This document shows positions 1 through 14,925 of a stretch of 64,000 nucleotides of DNA, piece by piece. Each line of letters begins with the position of its first letter. The stretch's first letter is position 1. The DNA is from the human T2T-CHM13v2.0 reference genome, Homo sapiens. The position numbers and the translations under genes are program-made. Location: NCBI RefSeq assembly GCF_009914755.1, contig NC_060940.1. One strand, 5' to 3'. A model generated the notes under the pieces. That model was given only the letters and a program-made list of their open reading frames with translations, was not told where the DNA came from and made no database searches.

Positions 1-274
1 AAAAACTTTACAAAGAGATGAGGATGCTGGAATCCCCATCTCTTATTGCTTAAGGATTGCCTTAGAATCATTAACTCCCCACCCCTAACTCCTTCTTTGT
101 TCCTATGTGTGGTTGAGAAGCACTGGTTACCCTCAAGAAGCTTGCAGGCAGGCCCAAAAATCAGAAAGACAGGCATGATGTGGGGAGCTCTAAGTTAGCT
201 GGAAACAGGTGAATTCCAGGTGAACACATTGAGTCCAGGACATAGAAGACAAGTCATCAGCAATATCTGCTATA
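1..274 (-). mobile_element. ERVL-type LTR remnant (LTR33-like), cut by window start
   Basis: Paralog of the right part of 54489-54945; ends CAGCAATATCTGCTATA. Confidence 0.5.
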
Positions 275-312
275 GCCAGTTTTCTTTTTCTTTTTAAGAA
301 CATATATACTTT

Positions 313-935
313 CTATTGGGGGTCCCCAATTCGCCCTTTGGTTTAAAGATTCACATAACTCAAAAAAGCTGATTTTTTCTGTGGTTATAGTTTCTAACAG
401 TGAAAGAAACCAGATTAAAATAATCAGAAGCATAAAAGCACGTAAAGTTGAGTCCAGGACAAACCAGATGTGAGCTTACAGGTGTCCTTTCATAGTGGGG
501 ACTTCACACTGACTAATTTTCTTTACAATGGTGTGAGACAACCTGTGTGAACTTCTTGCCAACTAGGGAAGCTCAGTCAGTCTTGAGTCCAGGGTTTTTA
601 TTAGGAATCCACCACATATACATTGAGCGTCCTGTGACTGAACTTAGCTACTTAGTTCCCAACCTCCCTATGCCGTAAGAGAGGTCATATTAATATGGCA
701 TTACACAAAGTCATAGGCATACAGAAACAGGTGCTCACAAGAAATCACGTTGTTAGCATCAGCTATTTGATATGACCTACTTTTTCAGGTATACAAAGAC
801 TCTCATCAGGCAGCATATACCAAGGGCTCATAGGTTATCATCTGCCAGGAGCTTCTCAAGGGCCAGTTCTGAAGACCTTTGGAATGTGCAAGGTTTTGGA
901 AAGCCATGTCTGCAGAATTAACCCTTCATTACACA
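313..935 (-). mobile_element. MER21-like LTR
   Basis: GGGGTCCCCAA...GATTCACATAACTCA...ACAGTGAAAGAAACCAGATTAAAAT resembles the reverse-strand MER21 consensus as recalled. Confidence 0.55.
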
Positions 936-1310
936 ATATCCAAGAATTTTTTTAACTTTAAAAATGTTTTTTGATCTTTGACAATGTACCAACCAATACT
1001 GAGTAACCAATAATTAGTAACAACAGTGTACTCCTGAGTACTTGCACCTGCAAGGAGAAAAAGGACAGATGCACTTACATAGGACAGATGCAAATAGACA
1101 CCACTATGACAAGTAAAGCTGGAATAATCAATAAATTCCTAAAGACAAAGTGGGGCTGGTGAGATTGGGAGATGGCTGACAGCTGCAGAAGTTGGGAAAG
1201 ATCCATCATCTTGAAAACTTTTTCCCCACAAACCCACTGTGATCTCTCAAGCAATTGGTAAGGAATCCAAGAGAGTCTGTATATGACACAGATCAGGGAG
1301 AGCAGAACAC

Positions 1311-1590
1311 TTGGGAGGTGACGAGGTCTTGGGGGCCGAGCCCTTATGAATGGGATTAGTGACTTTATAAAAGAAGCTCAATAGAGTTCTTGTGTGCCTC
1401 CCACTATGTGAGGACATAGAAAGAAGGCACCATCTATGAACCATGAAATTGGGTCTCATCAACATTGAATTTGTAAGCATCTTGGCCTGAGATCTTACAG
1501 CCTCAAGAAGTGTGAAAAAAGAAATATCTGTTGTTTTTTAGTCACCCAGTTTATGTTATTTTGTTATAAGAGTCCACATAGACCAAGATA
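1311..1590 (+). mobile_element. MaLR LTR (MLT1A0-like), 5'-truncated
   Basis: GAGCCCTTATGAATGGGATTAGTG...ATGTGAGGACA...CCATCTATGAACCA...CACCCAGTTTATGTTATTTTGTTATA...GACCAAGATA follows the MLT1A LTR layout. Confidence 0.8.
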
Positions 1591-1849
1591 TTCCACTTAA
1601 TATGTAGGGGAAGGCAACAAAAACTGCCACACATAGAATACTCCTGATGCTGGGAGTATGAAAACAGGAAAAACAAAACAAAACTGCTCTTGAAGGTGAA
1701 GGAGGAATATCACTGAGCTCACCAACACAGCCAGGAAAAGAACAGAAGTGTGAGAATGCTACATTCGTGAGACCCTGAGAAAAAGTACCTGCATAAGACT
1801 GAGATGAAATTACCTACTCTAGTTATGATTGAAATCCCAAAAAGAAAAG

Positions 1850-2500
1850 AGGGAAAAATAATGGAGCAAAAGAAAAATTTTTCAAAATAACTGCCAAAAA
1901 TATTCTAAAAGAAGTGACAGAAAATCAAACTTCAAATCTAGGAAAACTCAGAGAATGTCAAATAGAACAAAAAGAAATAAGAATTACATCTTGAAAAATC
2001 TTTAAAAAATCAAGTCTAAATTTTATATCTTGCTCCAAATATATAGAGATATAAATAGGTTATCATCAAGATATGGAGAAAGCTATATCATGGAAATACT
2101 AAAATAAGGCTGTGGAAGGACTACATTGATATTAGACACAACAGAGTTCGGAACAAGAAATAGTATCAGAGATGAGAGATAATAGATAATAGAATAATCA
2201 ATTCTCAAGAAGATGTAAATATCCTACTAAGTAGGGTATGCAACTAACAACAGAACCTCCAAATACATGACGTAAAACAGGAAAGAAATCAAAGGTGAAC
2301 TAGAAAAATCCAAAATTATATTTGCAGACTTCAAGACTTTTGTCTTAGTAATGGAAACACTAGACACAAACTCAGTAATCATGTGGAAGATAAGAACAAC
2401 AATATCACCAACAAGACATCCGATCTTCAATGGCAGATACTCTTTCCTTTCAAGTGAAAAAAAAAACAGTATGGCATATTCTCTAACAAACCCAGAATTT
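1850..2500 (+). mobile_element. Old L1 (L1M) ORF1/ORF2-endonuclease remnant
   Basis: CAAGAAGATGTAAATATCCTA...GCAACTAACAACAGAACCTCCAAATACATGA...GCAGACTTCAA corresponds to a decayed QEDITILN.YAPNNRASKYM..GDFN segment of the L1 endonuclease. Confidence 0.7.
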
Positions 2501-2511
2501 CTAATATTTGG

Positions 2512-3020
2512 GTTCTTCCTTCCTTCTTTCCATCTTCCTTTCTCTTCTCTTCCCTTCCCTTACCTTCTTCCTTCCTTTCTTCTTTTCCTCTTCCTTTTCT
2601 TTTCTTTTTTCTTTTCCTTTCTTTCTTTTCTTTGTTTTTCTCCTTCCTTCCTTCTTTCCTTCTTTCTTTCCTTCCTCTTATTCTTCCTTCCCTCCTCCTT
2701 CCCTTCCTTTCTCCCTCCATTTTCCTCCGTCTTTTCTCATATTCTTTCTTTCTCACGTTCTTGCTTTCTTTCCTTTTTTCTCCCTTCCTCCCACCCTCCT
2801 TTTCTTCCTCCCTCCCTCCCTTCCTTTCCTCTTTTTCCTTCCTTCCTTCTCCTCTTTATTTTCCATGTTTCTTTGCATTCCTCCCTTTTACCATTCTCTT
2901 TTCCTCCTTTCCTTCCTCCCTTCCTCCTTTCTTTCTTTCTTTCTCTCTTTCTCTCTTTCTTTCTCTCTTTCCCTCTTTCTTTCTCTTTCTTTCTTTCTTT
3001 GTTTCCTTCTTTCTTTCTTT

Positions 3021-3055
<35 letters not shown>

Positions 3056-3245
3056 CTCTTTCCTTCTTTCCTTCTTTCTTTCTTGTGTTCATGCTTTCTT
3101 TTTTCTCCCTTCCTGCCTTTCTCCCTTCCTCCCTCCCTCCCTTCTTCCATCATTTCCTCCTTCTTTTCTTTCTTCTTTCTTTATTTCCTTCCTTCCTTCT
3201 TTCGTTCCTTTTTCTTTCTTTGTTTTCTTTTCTTTCTTTCTCTTT
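2512..3245 (+). repeat. Compound polypyrimidine microsatellite (CCTT/TTTC/CT)
   Basis: ~735 bp almost entirely C/T. Confidence 0.97.
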
Positions 3246-3332
3246 ACTACAATTCATATTATTTTTAAAAAACTAAGAGAGGGAGACAGAAAAATAAGGA
3301 ACGCTTTAATCTACAAGTAAACATATTATGTC

Positions 3333-4148
<816 letters not shown>

Positions 4149-5129
4149 TGTAATTGTATCATGAAAATGAGAACCATAATTTACAACTGCTTTTAATACT
4201 GCACTTGGATGTTTGAAATCACGTACATGGAAATGATCTCTTATGTGCATGAGGGAGGATAACAAATTGATGCCAAAATAATGCAAATGCAAATCTTACA
4301 CTCATTTCTATGTAGGATTCATTTAATCTTTGAAATTAAAATGAAATTAAAAGATTGTGATATTTTGATGAAATTAGACTAAAATGAACAATAACAAAAT
4401 AAGAACTTACTTATATTCTTTATATGGTCAATAAAGAAGTGATAGTGGAAAAAAACAAGATCAAATGAAGGTGATGATTTAGGAAGTGGGAAAGATAGCT
4501 GAAACTACAAAATGGTATATAACCAGTGAACACTTAGACACACTGATTAATGAACTTCAGCTTTTGGCTTTGTGAGAGTATAAAATGAGAGCAACTGAGG
4601 TTTGCAAATTTGTAATCTCCTTGTGGAAAACCAGGGGAAAACACATCTCAGCCTAATAAGATTTATCTACTAAAGAATCTAGACTTGATCCATTTGTCCT
4701 TGTAATTCAAAAGCTAATTCAAATACTGATGTGATGTATTGTGTGAACAACCATTGCTGATTTTCATCGCATACCTGGCATTCTCTTTTACCTGATATCT
4801 AAAATATTTGGTAATTCTTGGACTTTCTCTTTTCAAACCCAGTATGGTTTAATTTGAGTCTTAGAACAGTTGTCTTTGAGAAATTCTTCCCTCTATTTCA
4901 TCTGTGAATGGGCATAGCATGGTTACATACATACTCTCACTCCATAGAACATTTGTTAAATTAAAGCCAAAGTTTAAAGGAAGAACTTTAACTTACTGGT
5001 TTTACTAATGTTTTCCTCCCCAATAGCCACAACAGTATTGATACCCTCACACCTTTTAACATGAACCTTGGTGTTGTTTATTTTTCAGGTGCTGTCATCT
5101 ATATGATCTCAGTATTTTAAAAATCAGCT

Positions 5130-5501
<372 letters not shown>

Positions 5502-7054
5502 CTATGTAAATATGCACAGGTGATGTCCACATAGACATAAGTAATAATATTTCTGACAATGGGTCCTTATGATCTTCAAAATGTAAAATGTCTATGTGGA
5601 TAATTGACTGGTCAGTCTCATTAATGAATACAGATTGAATTCTACTTTCTTGTTCTACATAAATTATATAATCTAGCTTTTCATTTCACTTATTTACTGA
5701 TAACAAGAGGAAGAATGACAAGATATCTGTTTTGGAAAATTACTCTGGTAGGAGTAAAGATGAAACAATGATAGAAATGCACCGAAAACTAGAAAAAAGT
5801 ATGGTCTTCTGATATTCTATCACGTCACATACTAAAGGCCTCATAAAACTAAGATGTTTTATCTAAAAATGTTATTTTCATCATAGGAATGATCAAAGCA
5901 TGAGACAACAGTTGTATTAAAATGTGCTTGTATCACAAGCACAGGTGCTAAAAAGGAGGGGAAAACATCATTACTGATATTTTCAACGTATGTTTTACTT
6001 TCGGTCAACATGAACCTCAACTTGATATGATGCAGATTGAAGGAAACCACCCATAATTCCATATGAAGAAGGCCTGTGATATTTTATGGGAAAATAAATA
6101 GAGAAAATGCTAACAGAAACCCTATTAAGCATGAAGCTTTACGGAGCAAACACAAATCCAGTGGTGAAAGATACACACTCGAGTTCTGTTTGTTGTCTTG
6201 GAACAATACGGTTTAGAGGTGAATGGCGGGTGAGGAGAACATATGCGAGTTCACCAAAGAGAAAAGCTGAATGAGGCAATGCCTCTTCCTGACCATATCT
6301 CTTACTCAGATAACTATATAATTTATTGTCCAGTAAAGGGTATATTAAAAAATCATATTAAAAGTCATGCAGTGAAGTTGTCCAGGGAAATCAAGACTTA
6401 ACAGTCTCACTCTGACAATAATGAACAGGGGGTTCCCTCAAGATAGTCTAGGACATGACCCCACCCTGGCAGACAGTAGTACCAGAAAAGAACACATGGA
6501 GAATCTTTACCTTATGCTTGAGGTAGGGACCAGGCTAAAGTGAAAGCCAGACATAAAATTCTATCTAAAATAAATCCACAATCGAAGAAAATATGTGGTA
6601 TACAGGCATAGAATGTCTTTACTGGATCATTGAAATAGTAAGATAAATTCAACATTTACATTGTTTTCTTTTCCTCCAGTTAGGGCTTGAGGTTTGTCTC
6701 TGGAGAGTGACTGTCAATTGGAGCCCTGCCTTTCTGGGTTTCTGGTCAGGGGGTTGTGGATGCTTAACATGTGCCTTCCACAGGACACTTCCTTACCCCA
6801 GCAGTGGCCAGGTGTGCATCCCACGACCAGGCCTCCCTCTCACAGAACATTTGTTGAGACTAGGAGATGCCTGGTGACTGTTGCCTGACCTGTGTCCTGT
6901 GTATTTCTGACAAGAGCCACTCTCAGAGACCTTGGCCAGTAGGAGAGTTAGGTTCCAGTGTAGGTCAGCTCAGACCCATGGAGGCCACAGAACCAAACAT
7001 GGGAAATCACAGAAGTAGGTTTATTACTCAAAGATCCAGAGAGAAGAGGGTAGC

Positions 7055-7399
7055 TGAGAAGAGGGTTTAGCTGTGTCCCCAGCCAAATCTCATCTTGAAT
7101 TCCCACATGTTGTGGGAGGGAACAGGTCAGGTAATTGAATCATGGGGGCAGGTCTTTCCCATGCTGTTCTTCTGATAGTGAATAAGTCTCAGAAGATCTG
7201 ATGGTTTTATAAAGGGGGGTTTCCCTGCACAAGCTCTCTTGTCTTGTCTGCTGCCATGTGAGACGTGCCTTTCAACTTGCACCATGATTGTGAGGCCTAC
7301 CCAGCCATGTGGAACTGTGCATCTATTAAACCTTTTTCTTCTGGAAATTACCCAGTCTTGGGCATGTCTTAACCGGGGGTGTGAAAATGGACTAATAGA
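7055..7399 (+). mobile_element. THE1 solo LTR (THE1A/B-like, MaLR)
   Basis: GCTGTGTCCCC.CCAAATCTCATCTTGAATTCCCACATGTTGTGGGAGGGA...GAAAATGGACTAATA. 5-bp TSD GTAGC at 7050-7054 and 7400-7404. Confidence 0.93.
7132..7142 (+). promoter_or_regulatory. DUX4 consensus motif TAATTGAATCA in THE1 LTR
   Basis: Exact match to TAAYBBAATCA. Binding is not shown by sequence alone. Confidence 0.55.
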
Positions 7400-8984
7400 G
7401 TAGCACACCTCATAGGGCTGAACAAAATGGGGAAGATGAGTGGGGAGCAGGAGAGAGAAAATTGATCTTTGGGACTCCAGCCTTTATTGGGCCCAGAACA
7501 TTACCCAAATAAGTTTTCCATGGGGCACTAGTCGGTGGGTTGAGTGCCAGCAGGCACATTTCTTGACTCCCGCTGCAACCGAGCAGGTCACTCTGTCGTG
7601 TGGGGTCTGTCCATGTGCACTGTGAGCTCTGTGGGGTGAGTCAGGTAGGTTGTATCCAACGGTTCCATAGCTGGTAGTCACCAGGAGGAGGCAACTGTGT
7701 AGGGTCCATATCTGGACCAGCCACACTGAGGAACTGTGAGGGTTAGAACTGGAAATTGTCAAGGGAATCTGAACCCAGCTAACATATGAGAGAGTTCAAC
7801 TTATGTTCAATGTGAATGCCATGGCAATATTAAAAGGTAACAACTCGTTCCATACGTGCTTGAGGTAAATAGGAGATACCTAGAATTTATGTAAACAGTG
7901 AGAAATTGGATGCGTTTTCCGTCTCATATTTTAATACTAGCAGCATATTCTATATGTCAATCCATCAGGCATTCAGAAATACATGCTTATGAAAATTTTT
8001 TGCACCATCAGAAAAAAGACAAGGGTAGAAGATATTTGTAACCCTATAAACACTAGTAAATAAAAAACCGAAGGAGCTTTATGTCCTAACATATCTGTGT
8101 TGTGAAAGGCTACCCTGTGAAATACATGATTTCTTAAACATATTTTAAAAATCATAGGTGTCAATGTTTTTTAGAAATCCATTTAAATTTTCTCTTGCTA
8201 TTTTACAATGCATTTTTATTTATTTAGTGGCTCTGCTGATTTTGATGTATATCCTAAACTTTATATTTTCTTTAAAGGATGTTTTATACAACTTTATGTA
8301 AAATGTTTCAGTATCTTCACACTCTCTCCCTGTCCTTTTGTTTTGCTCTTATATGGTGATCTTGAGTCTTTTCTCTGGCTTTTCAAACCTAGTAAGACTA
8401 AGACACTAAAGTAACTTTGCCCGTGGTTTGGTAATGCCTTCTAAAGCACATCCTAAGCTCTAGTGCATACAGTGGTCTCCTTTGAGCTCTTCGCTTTTGA
8501 GATCCCATATACCGAAATTCCAGTACTCCAAATCAGTACTGCTTAGTTTTAGTTACTAAGTTTAAAAATGTATTTTAATAGCAAGTTAGTTTAGTGCACT
8601 CTTGCTTCTTTCTTGACTGCTTTTGTACATGTATATTCCTTTAAATGAATCTTGGAATTTATTTAAAAATTTTAAATTATACTAATGAAACTGTATATTG
8701 TTGTGAATTCATAAGTGAATTTGGAAAGAATTTGTCTTTATGATACTAAATCCTTTTTATCCAAGAATCATATGAGTCTTTGTAATTATTGCAGTCTATA
8801 TTTATATCACTGAGTAAATATATAGAAATGTAGATACATACAGCTGTAGTTGTAGATACAAATATGGATATAACATGTTAAATCTATATCTATCCCATAT
8901 AACATATATACATGTTATATGTGTGTGTGTGTATATATATATGTTTATGTTATTAAAGAGCTCCCTTAAAATTTTTCTTTTACT

Positions 8985-9720
8985 TCCTATATAATTTTAG
9001 GTCGAGCTTGAATTTTCGTAGTATAAACAAGCAAATAATTATACTAGTTTTAATACTGATGTTGAGACATTGTATCTTATTTTTGCATTGAATATTTTCA
9101 CAATTATTATAAATATTATCTAATATTAATAATATACCTGTTAAAAATATTTAAAATTTTAACTTTGAATTATTTTATTGTTGAATTAAAATTCCTTTAA
9201 TATGATAGTAAATTTCTATTTTATGCTTTCTCTATGCATATGCAAATTAATCTATCCACTTCTCTATCTCTACGTAGTAACATATGAAAATCAGGCCTCT
9301 CTTCTTCTAATGGACATACACGTTTGCATATAGAATATCAGACTCTTTATAGCATTTAAAATCTTTAAAGACATGAATATTGCCTTTTAACAAATATATT
9401 TTAGCATGTACTGAGAATCCCCTATTTATTTTTAATTTGGGCTAATCAATATGATTTTTAATATTATTGGATTACCAAATTTGGAAACACACTTTCATCC
9501 CCAAGGTGGATATTTGTTTTATTTTTTTTTTGCCAATTTCTTTTCTTACTTTTTCAAATATTGTTGGATATTATTTTTATTTTATTTGGCATTTTAGTAT
9601 CAACATTTGTAATTGATGTACTCTACATATTTTTTCTTCAATATCTGGTGGTTTTTATAATTACGGCTATATTGGATTTGTAGTAGACATTGACAAAGAG
9701 TATTCCTGTATGTTTTATAG
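8985..9720 (-). mobile_element. Highly decayed L1 (L1ME-like) fragment
   Basis: T-rich sequence with antisense L1 ORF2-like phrases (ATAATTTTAGGTCGAGCTTG; TTTAGTATCAACATTT; GCTATATTGGATTTGTAG). Confidence 0.4.
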
Positions 9721-9724
9721 CTGT

Positions 9725-10268
9725 ATGAAGGAAACAAATGTATTTTACCCCTAAATATATTTCCTTGATATATTTCAAAATGGCTATTGAGAAGGGCTGG
9801 AAATGCAAACCTAGATGCAAAGCTGTCTTGGGGAGATTTGCATCGGTAGAGAATCTGCCTTGATGCAGCCAGGCTTTCTCTGAGGTCTGCCTCCTTGTCT
9901 GGATCTAGGAAAGCTTAACTGAGAGTCTGAGGTCTCCAAAGGTCTGAAAGAAACATTTTCTGTTTATTCTCTCTGAGGACTGCTCCCAGTGAGGTTCCAC
10001 CTATATAATAAGTCCACTGTTGCTAGCCAGGGTCGTTTTCTCACATAACCTTTTTTTTTTCCCTGTGATCCAAGACCCCATTCTTTCTGTAAACTTCCTG
10101 TGGTAGATAAGCTTCTGCATGCATCGTGTGTCTGGGTCTTCGTTCTAAGGGCTCCAGTGTACACACATTGCAGAAACCTGTATGCCTTTTCTACTATTTA
10201 TCTGTCTCCTATCAGTGATTTTCAGGGAAACTTCAGAAGGCAAAAGGGACATTCTCCTTTAGCCCATT
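9725..10268 (+). mobile_element. ERV1 MER4/MER34-group solo LTR
   Basis: TGAAGGAAAC...TTTTACCCCTAAATATATTTCCTTGA at the start; TTTTCAGGGAAACTTCAGAAGGCAAAAGGG...GCCC at the end. Confidence 0.65.
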
Positions 10269-10476
10269 CTCAGACAAAATCCCCCAACATTTAACTGATT
10301 CCTAATAGCTTAAAATCACTTTGAAAAATCCATATATTTATAACCTTTTCTTCCCTCTGTGATTTCTGGTCAGCTTGGGTTTTGTTTTTCATTCCATTTA
10401 CTTCATCCTCGAAAAGATCTATTTTATGTCTATTTATTCTCATTTATGGACATTGAGAAAAGAAAATAACTTTCAT

Positions 10477-10907
10477 GTGAGAAATGCAAGTCCTTTTAAA
10501 TAATCAGGCCCAGAGAGATATTCAAATGAGACAGCAGTTCTATCCTGCTCCGCTTTGAGCTGTGTGTTCATCTAGGCTGCTTGCTGTTGCCACAGTAGCT
10601 ATAAATTAACCAATAACGCCACACCAGATACTATAATCCACACCCCATAATAGTGTAACAGTGTATAGCCAGTCACTAATAAATGTTATTTCCATAAGCC
10701 AATGAGAATTTGTGACACACCTCTTTGCATCATCCCACTTCTGGACCCTTTTTTGCCTTTAAGAAACTGCTTGTTGCAAAGCTCCAAAGGGAGTTCATAT
10801 CCAAGGATACTTGGGTCTGTTTCTTCCAGGCAGCTGTCCTCATTGTGGCTCAAGTAAACTCTTTGAATTATGTTTTGTGCTTCAGCCCCTTCCACTTACA
10901 TTAACAA
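10477..10907 (+). mobile_element. ERV1-type solo LTR (subfamily uncertain, MER90-like)
   Basis: TG...CA ends, CCAAT box, GCCTTTAAGAAA TATA-like box, TGTCCTCA...GGCTCAAGTAAACTCTTT polyA-region motif. Confidence 0.55.
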
Positions 10908-11022
10908 CATGGATTTGTGTCACCATGTACAGCAATTAAAATGTTTACTCTTTTCCCCTCGAGGGCACTGATGTGTTTTCCTGAGCACTTGGAATAGCTA
11001 CGTAGTGTTTACTGTCTAGATT

Positions 11023-11212
11023 ATGGTTTCTCAACCTAGGTGCTACTTACCTTTAGGACCAGAAGATTCTTTGTTGTGGGAGGCTGCCCTAGCAATGCTA
11101 GGTGTTTCGTTTGACCTCTAAATTTCACACCTCCACCAGTCTTAACATGCCCACAATAACCCTAGACATTGACAAATGTCTCCTGGGGAAAACTCTCCAT
11201 CAGTTGACAGAC
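11023..11212. mobile_element. MER20 (hAT-Charlie DNA transposon)
   Basis: GGTTTCTCAACC...ATTCTTTGTTGTGGGAGGCTGCCCT...AGACATTGACAAATGTCTCCTGGGG. Confidence 0.8.
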
Positions 11213-12179
11213 AAAGTTCTGGAAATATTGGAATTGTCCATTGAGATTGTATGTTATCCAAAACAAATACTATTCTTTGTTTTTAAACATCTACTTCCAT
11301 CTACTTATCTACTTATTTTTACTTTTATTTGTAACTTAATTCCATCAAGGAGAGAGAGTGCATTTTCTGTTATGCTAAATTTTTGAAGAATGTATTGATT
11401 TTTTATGACCTGATATATGGATGTTATGTAGATATTACATGTTTGTATTATCAAATTTCAGGGCGATAAGAAAATAAATACTTATAATATTTATATTGTC
11501 ACTGCATATTAGTTATTTTCTTTCTTCACTACAGGAGTTTTTCAACCTATAGGCTATTTTTCAATTCTAGGTTATCCAGTAGATTTTGAAATGTTATGAT
11601 TAAATATCTACTTCTCAAGCATTCATCTTTGCAAATGAAACAATCCCAAGCTCTTATAATGCACATCATATAAAGGGCAGATTAGTCAATATATGGTTCA
11701 GAAATAATTATGTAATATTTATAAGAAAATTAAAAATTTAGACCTTAACTCAGATAACAATAATCCAAATTAAAATTTGATTTCATTACATAATTTAAAA
11801 TGACACCAGAATACTAGTAAAAATGTAGAAAAGTTTATATAATCTTTTTTAGCTGTGGGACTTTATTAGCATAAATTCAAATAGAGGAACCAAAGTAAGA
11901 TTGAGACCTATAGTCAAAGGTTAAAATGTACACATTATAGGGGCATGATTAAACTAATTTAAAGCATGATAACATGGAGAAATATTGCAAAACATACATG
12001 TTACTGAATTGTCAATACCTAATCATTATGTGAGAACACAATTAAAGAGTAGCTACACACGCACACACCCACACGCAAGTGCAATATTGTCAAATAAACG
12101 ATGTTCAGCTACACTAGAAATCACACCTGTGTTTTCTCCACAGAAAAGATTAAAAAGCACAATAATATTTATTGTACAT

Positions 12180-13115
<936 letters not shown>

Positions 13116-14301
13116 AGAGAAAAGACAAATACATAGGTGACAAATAATATTTAGAGTGTAAGACGCTTTTTAAAGGTATATTTGCAATTTGTGTCAAAAC
13201 ATTTAAATATACATTTGTTATTTTAACTATAAAATTTCAAATAATTTAAGCCAAATACATAGTATATGCAGAAAATTTAGCAATATATCTATGTAGCACC
13301 TTACTGTGCATTACTGAAACCAGCCGTCTAATATAAAGAATTAAGGTAGCAGCTACTTTTCAAAGAGTGCATTTTTTTTTCACAGACCTATTAAATCAGA
13401 CAAATAACATTTAAACTTTATTTTTAAATTTGCAGAATAGTAGTTTTCAGCAGATGGTTTATTTTAGCAAATTCCATCTTCACATTGTGCTATGATTTTA
13501 TGAGTTCCAGCTTTTAACGGATAATATTTTACTGCTGAAACTATCATGTGTGATATAATTGCTCATTATGTGCCTTAAAACACAAGCAATATAATTATTT
13601 TCAACTTGGAGCAAATTAAAATCTTATCAGCAATTTAAAATCTCTAGAGTCATCTTCTTCTGGTTAATTATTTTAAACTTGTATTTTTCTCTTTATGTTT
13701 TTAGTGAGTTGTCTTATCAAGGAGAAGAACTCAAGCTTATTCTTCTTTTTTTTTCTCTTCCATCCACCTCGCAGGTGTGTTAATAATTTCATTTCTCAGA
13801 AAATGTTCTTTCATATCCATCTTACAAGATGAGAGACCTTTTAACGTCTTCCATTCGGATGTCATACCAGTAATGGAAAATATTGCAGCTTCATGAATAT
13901 GGTGATACAAATAGTTATCCGTCTAACCTCTTTCAGTGCCAAATGTTTACTTTACTCAGTGAATTACTCAGTTGACTGGTAATTTCTTCTGAAATCACTA
14001 ATGAGAGGATCAGAGGTCTGGCTGTTGTCTGTACCACATATGACTCCCAGTGCAGACAATTGTTTCTATGGAGCACAGACCGTTGAAAGGATTGACTTCC
14101 TGCACAGAATAGTTTCTGCTGTGCTTCTTACCCTTCTTCTGGAGATTTCAGATTATCTGAATTGCTTTTCTATCTTGAGAAAAAACGCAACAATTCTTCC
14201 ACCTGAGTGGAATGTAAACTGTAGTAAGTTAGCAGAACCAATCTGTAAAATTTTTACATTGTTGGTTGCAAAATGCAGCGCTGGTGTCTCCATCACTAAC
14301 C

Positions 14302-14605
<304 letters not shown>

Positions 14606-14796
14606 CTAACCTTTTCTATCCCTCATTGCTCTTTCTTTGACTGCAATAGGATACCTCTAGGCAAATTTATATTCCTGAGACAGAGTGCCCTTTTGGTGAG
14701 CTATAAGCACACTCAGTGGTAGGCTAAAATACTAGCTTTTACCTATGGCGAAATGGAATCATATCAGTGATTTTTTTAAAAAGGAAATTTAACTCT

Positions 14797-14925
14797 TGCT
14801 ATGGTTTGAATGCTTGCCCCTTCCAATCTCATGTTAAAATTTGATCCCCAATGTTGCAGGTGGGGCTTACTGGGAGGTGTTTGTTCATGGGGTTGGACCT
14901 TCATGAATGGATAATACCCTCCCTT
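14797..14925 (+). mobile_element. MST-type MaLR LTR 5' fragment
   Basis: TGCTATGGTTTGAATG...CTCATGTTAAAATTTGATCCCCAATGTTGCAGGTGGGGC...TCATGAATGGAT. Confidence 0.75.

Noticed and set aside
2351-3320. 200-305 aa F/S/L/P-rich ORFs resembling membrane proteins, and antisense R/K/E-rich ORFs (also 57013-57844)
   Set aside because: A C/T-only tract cannot contain stop codons; all three frames are open and the frames differ between paralogs.
6694-8414. Short ORFs 'conserved' between 6.7-8.4 kb and 61.2-62.9 kb
   Set aside because: The conservation simply reflects ~96% DNA identity of the duplication; several overlap LTRs and many start at non-ATG codons.
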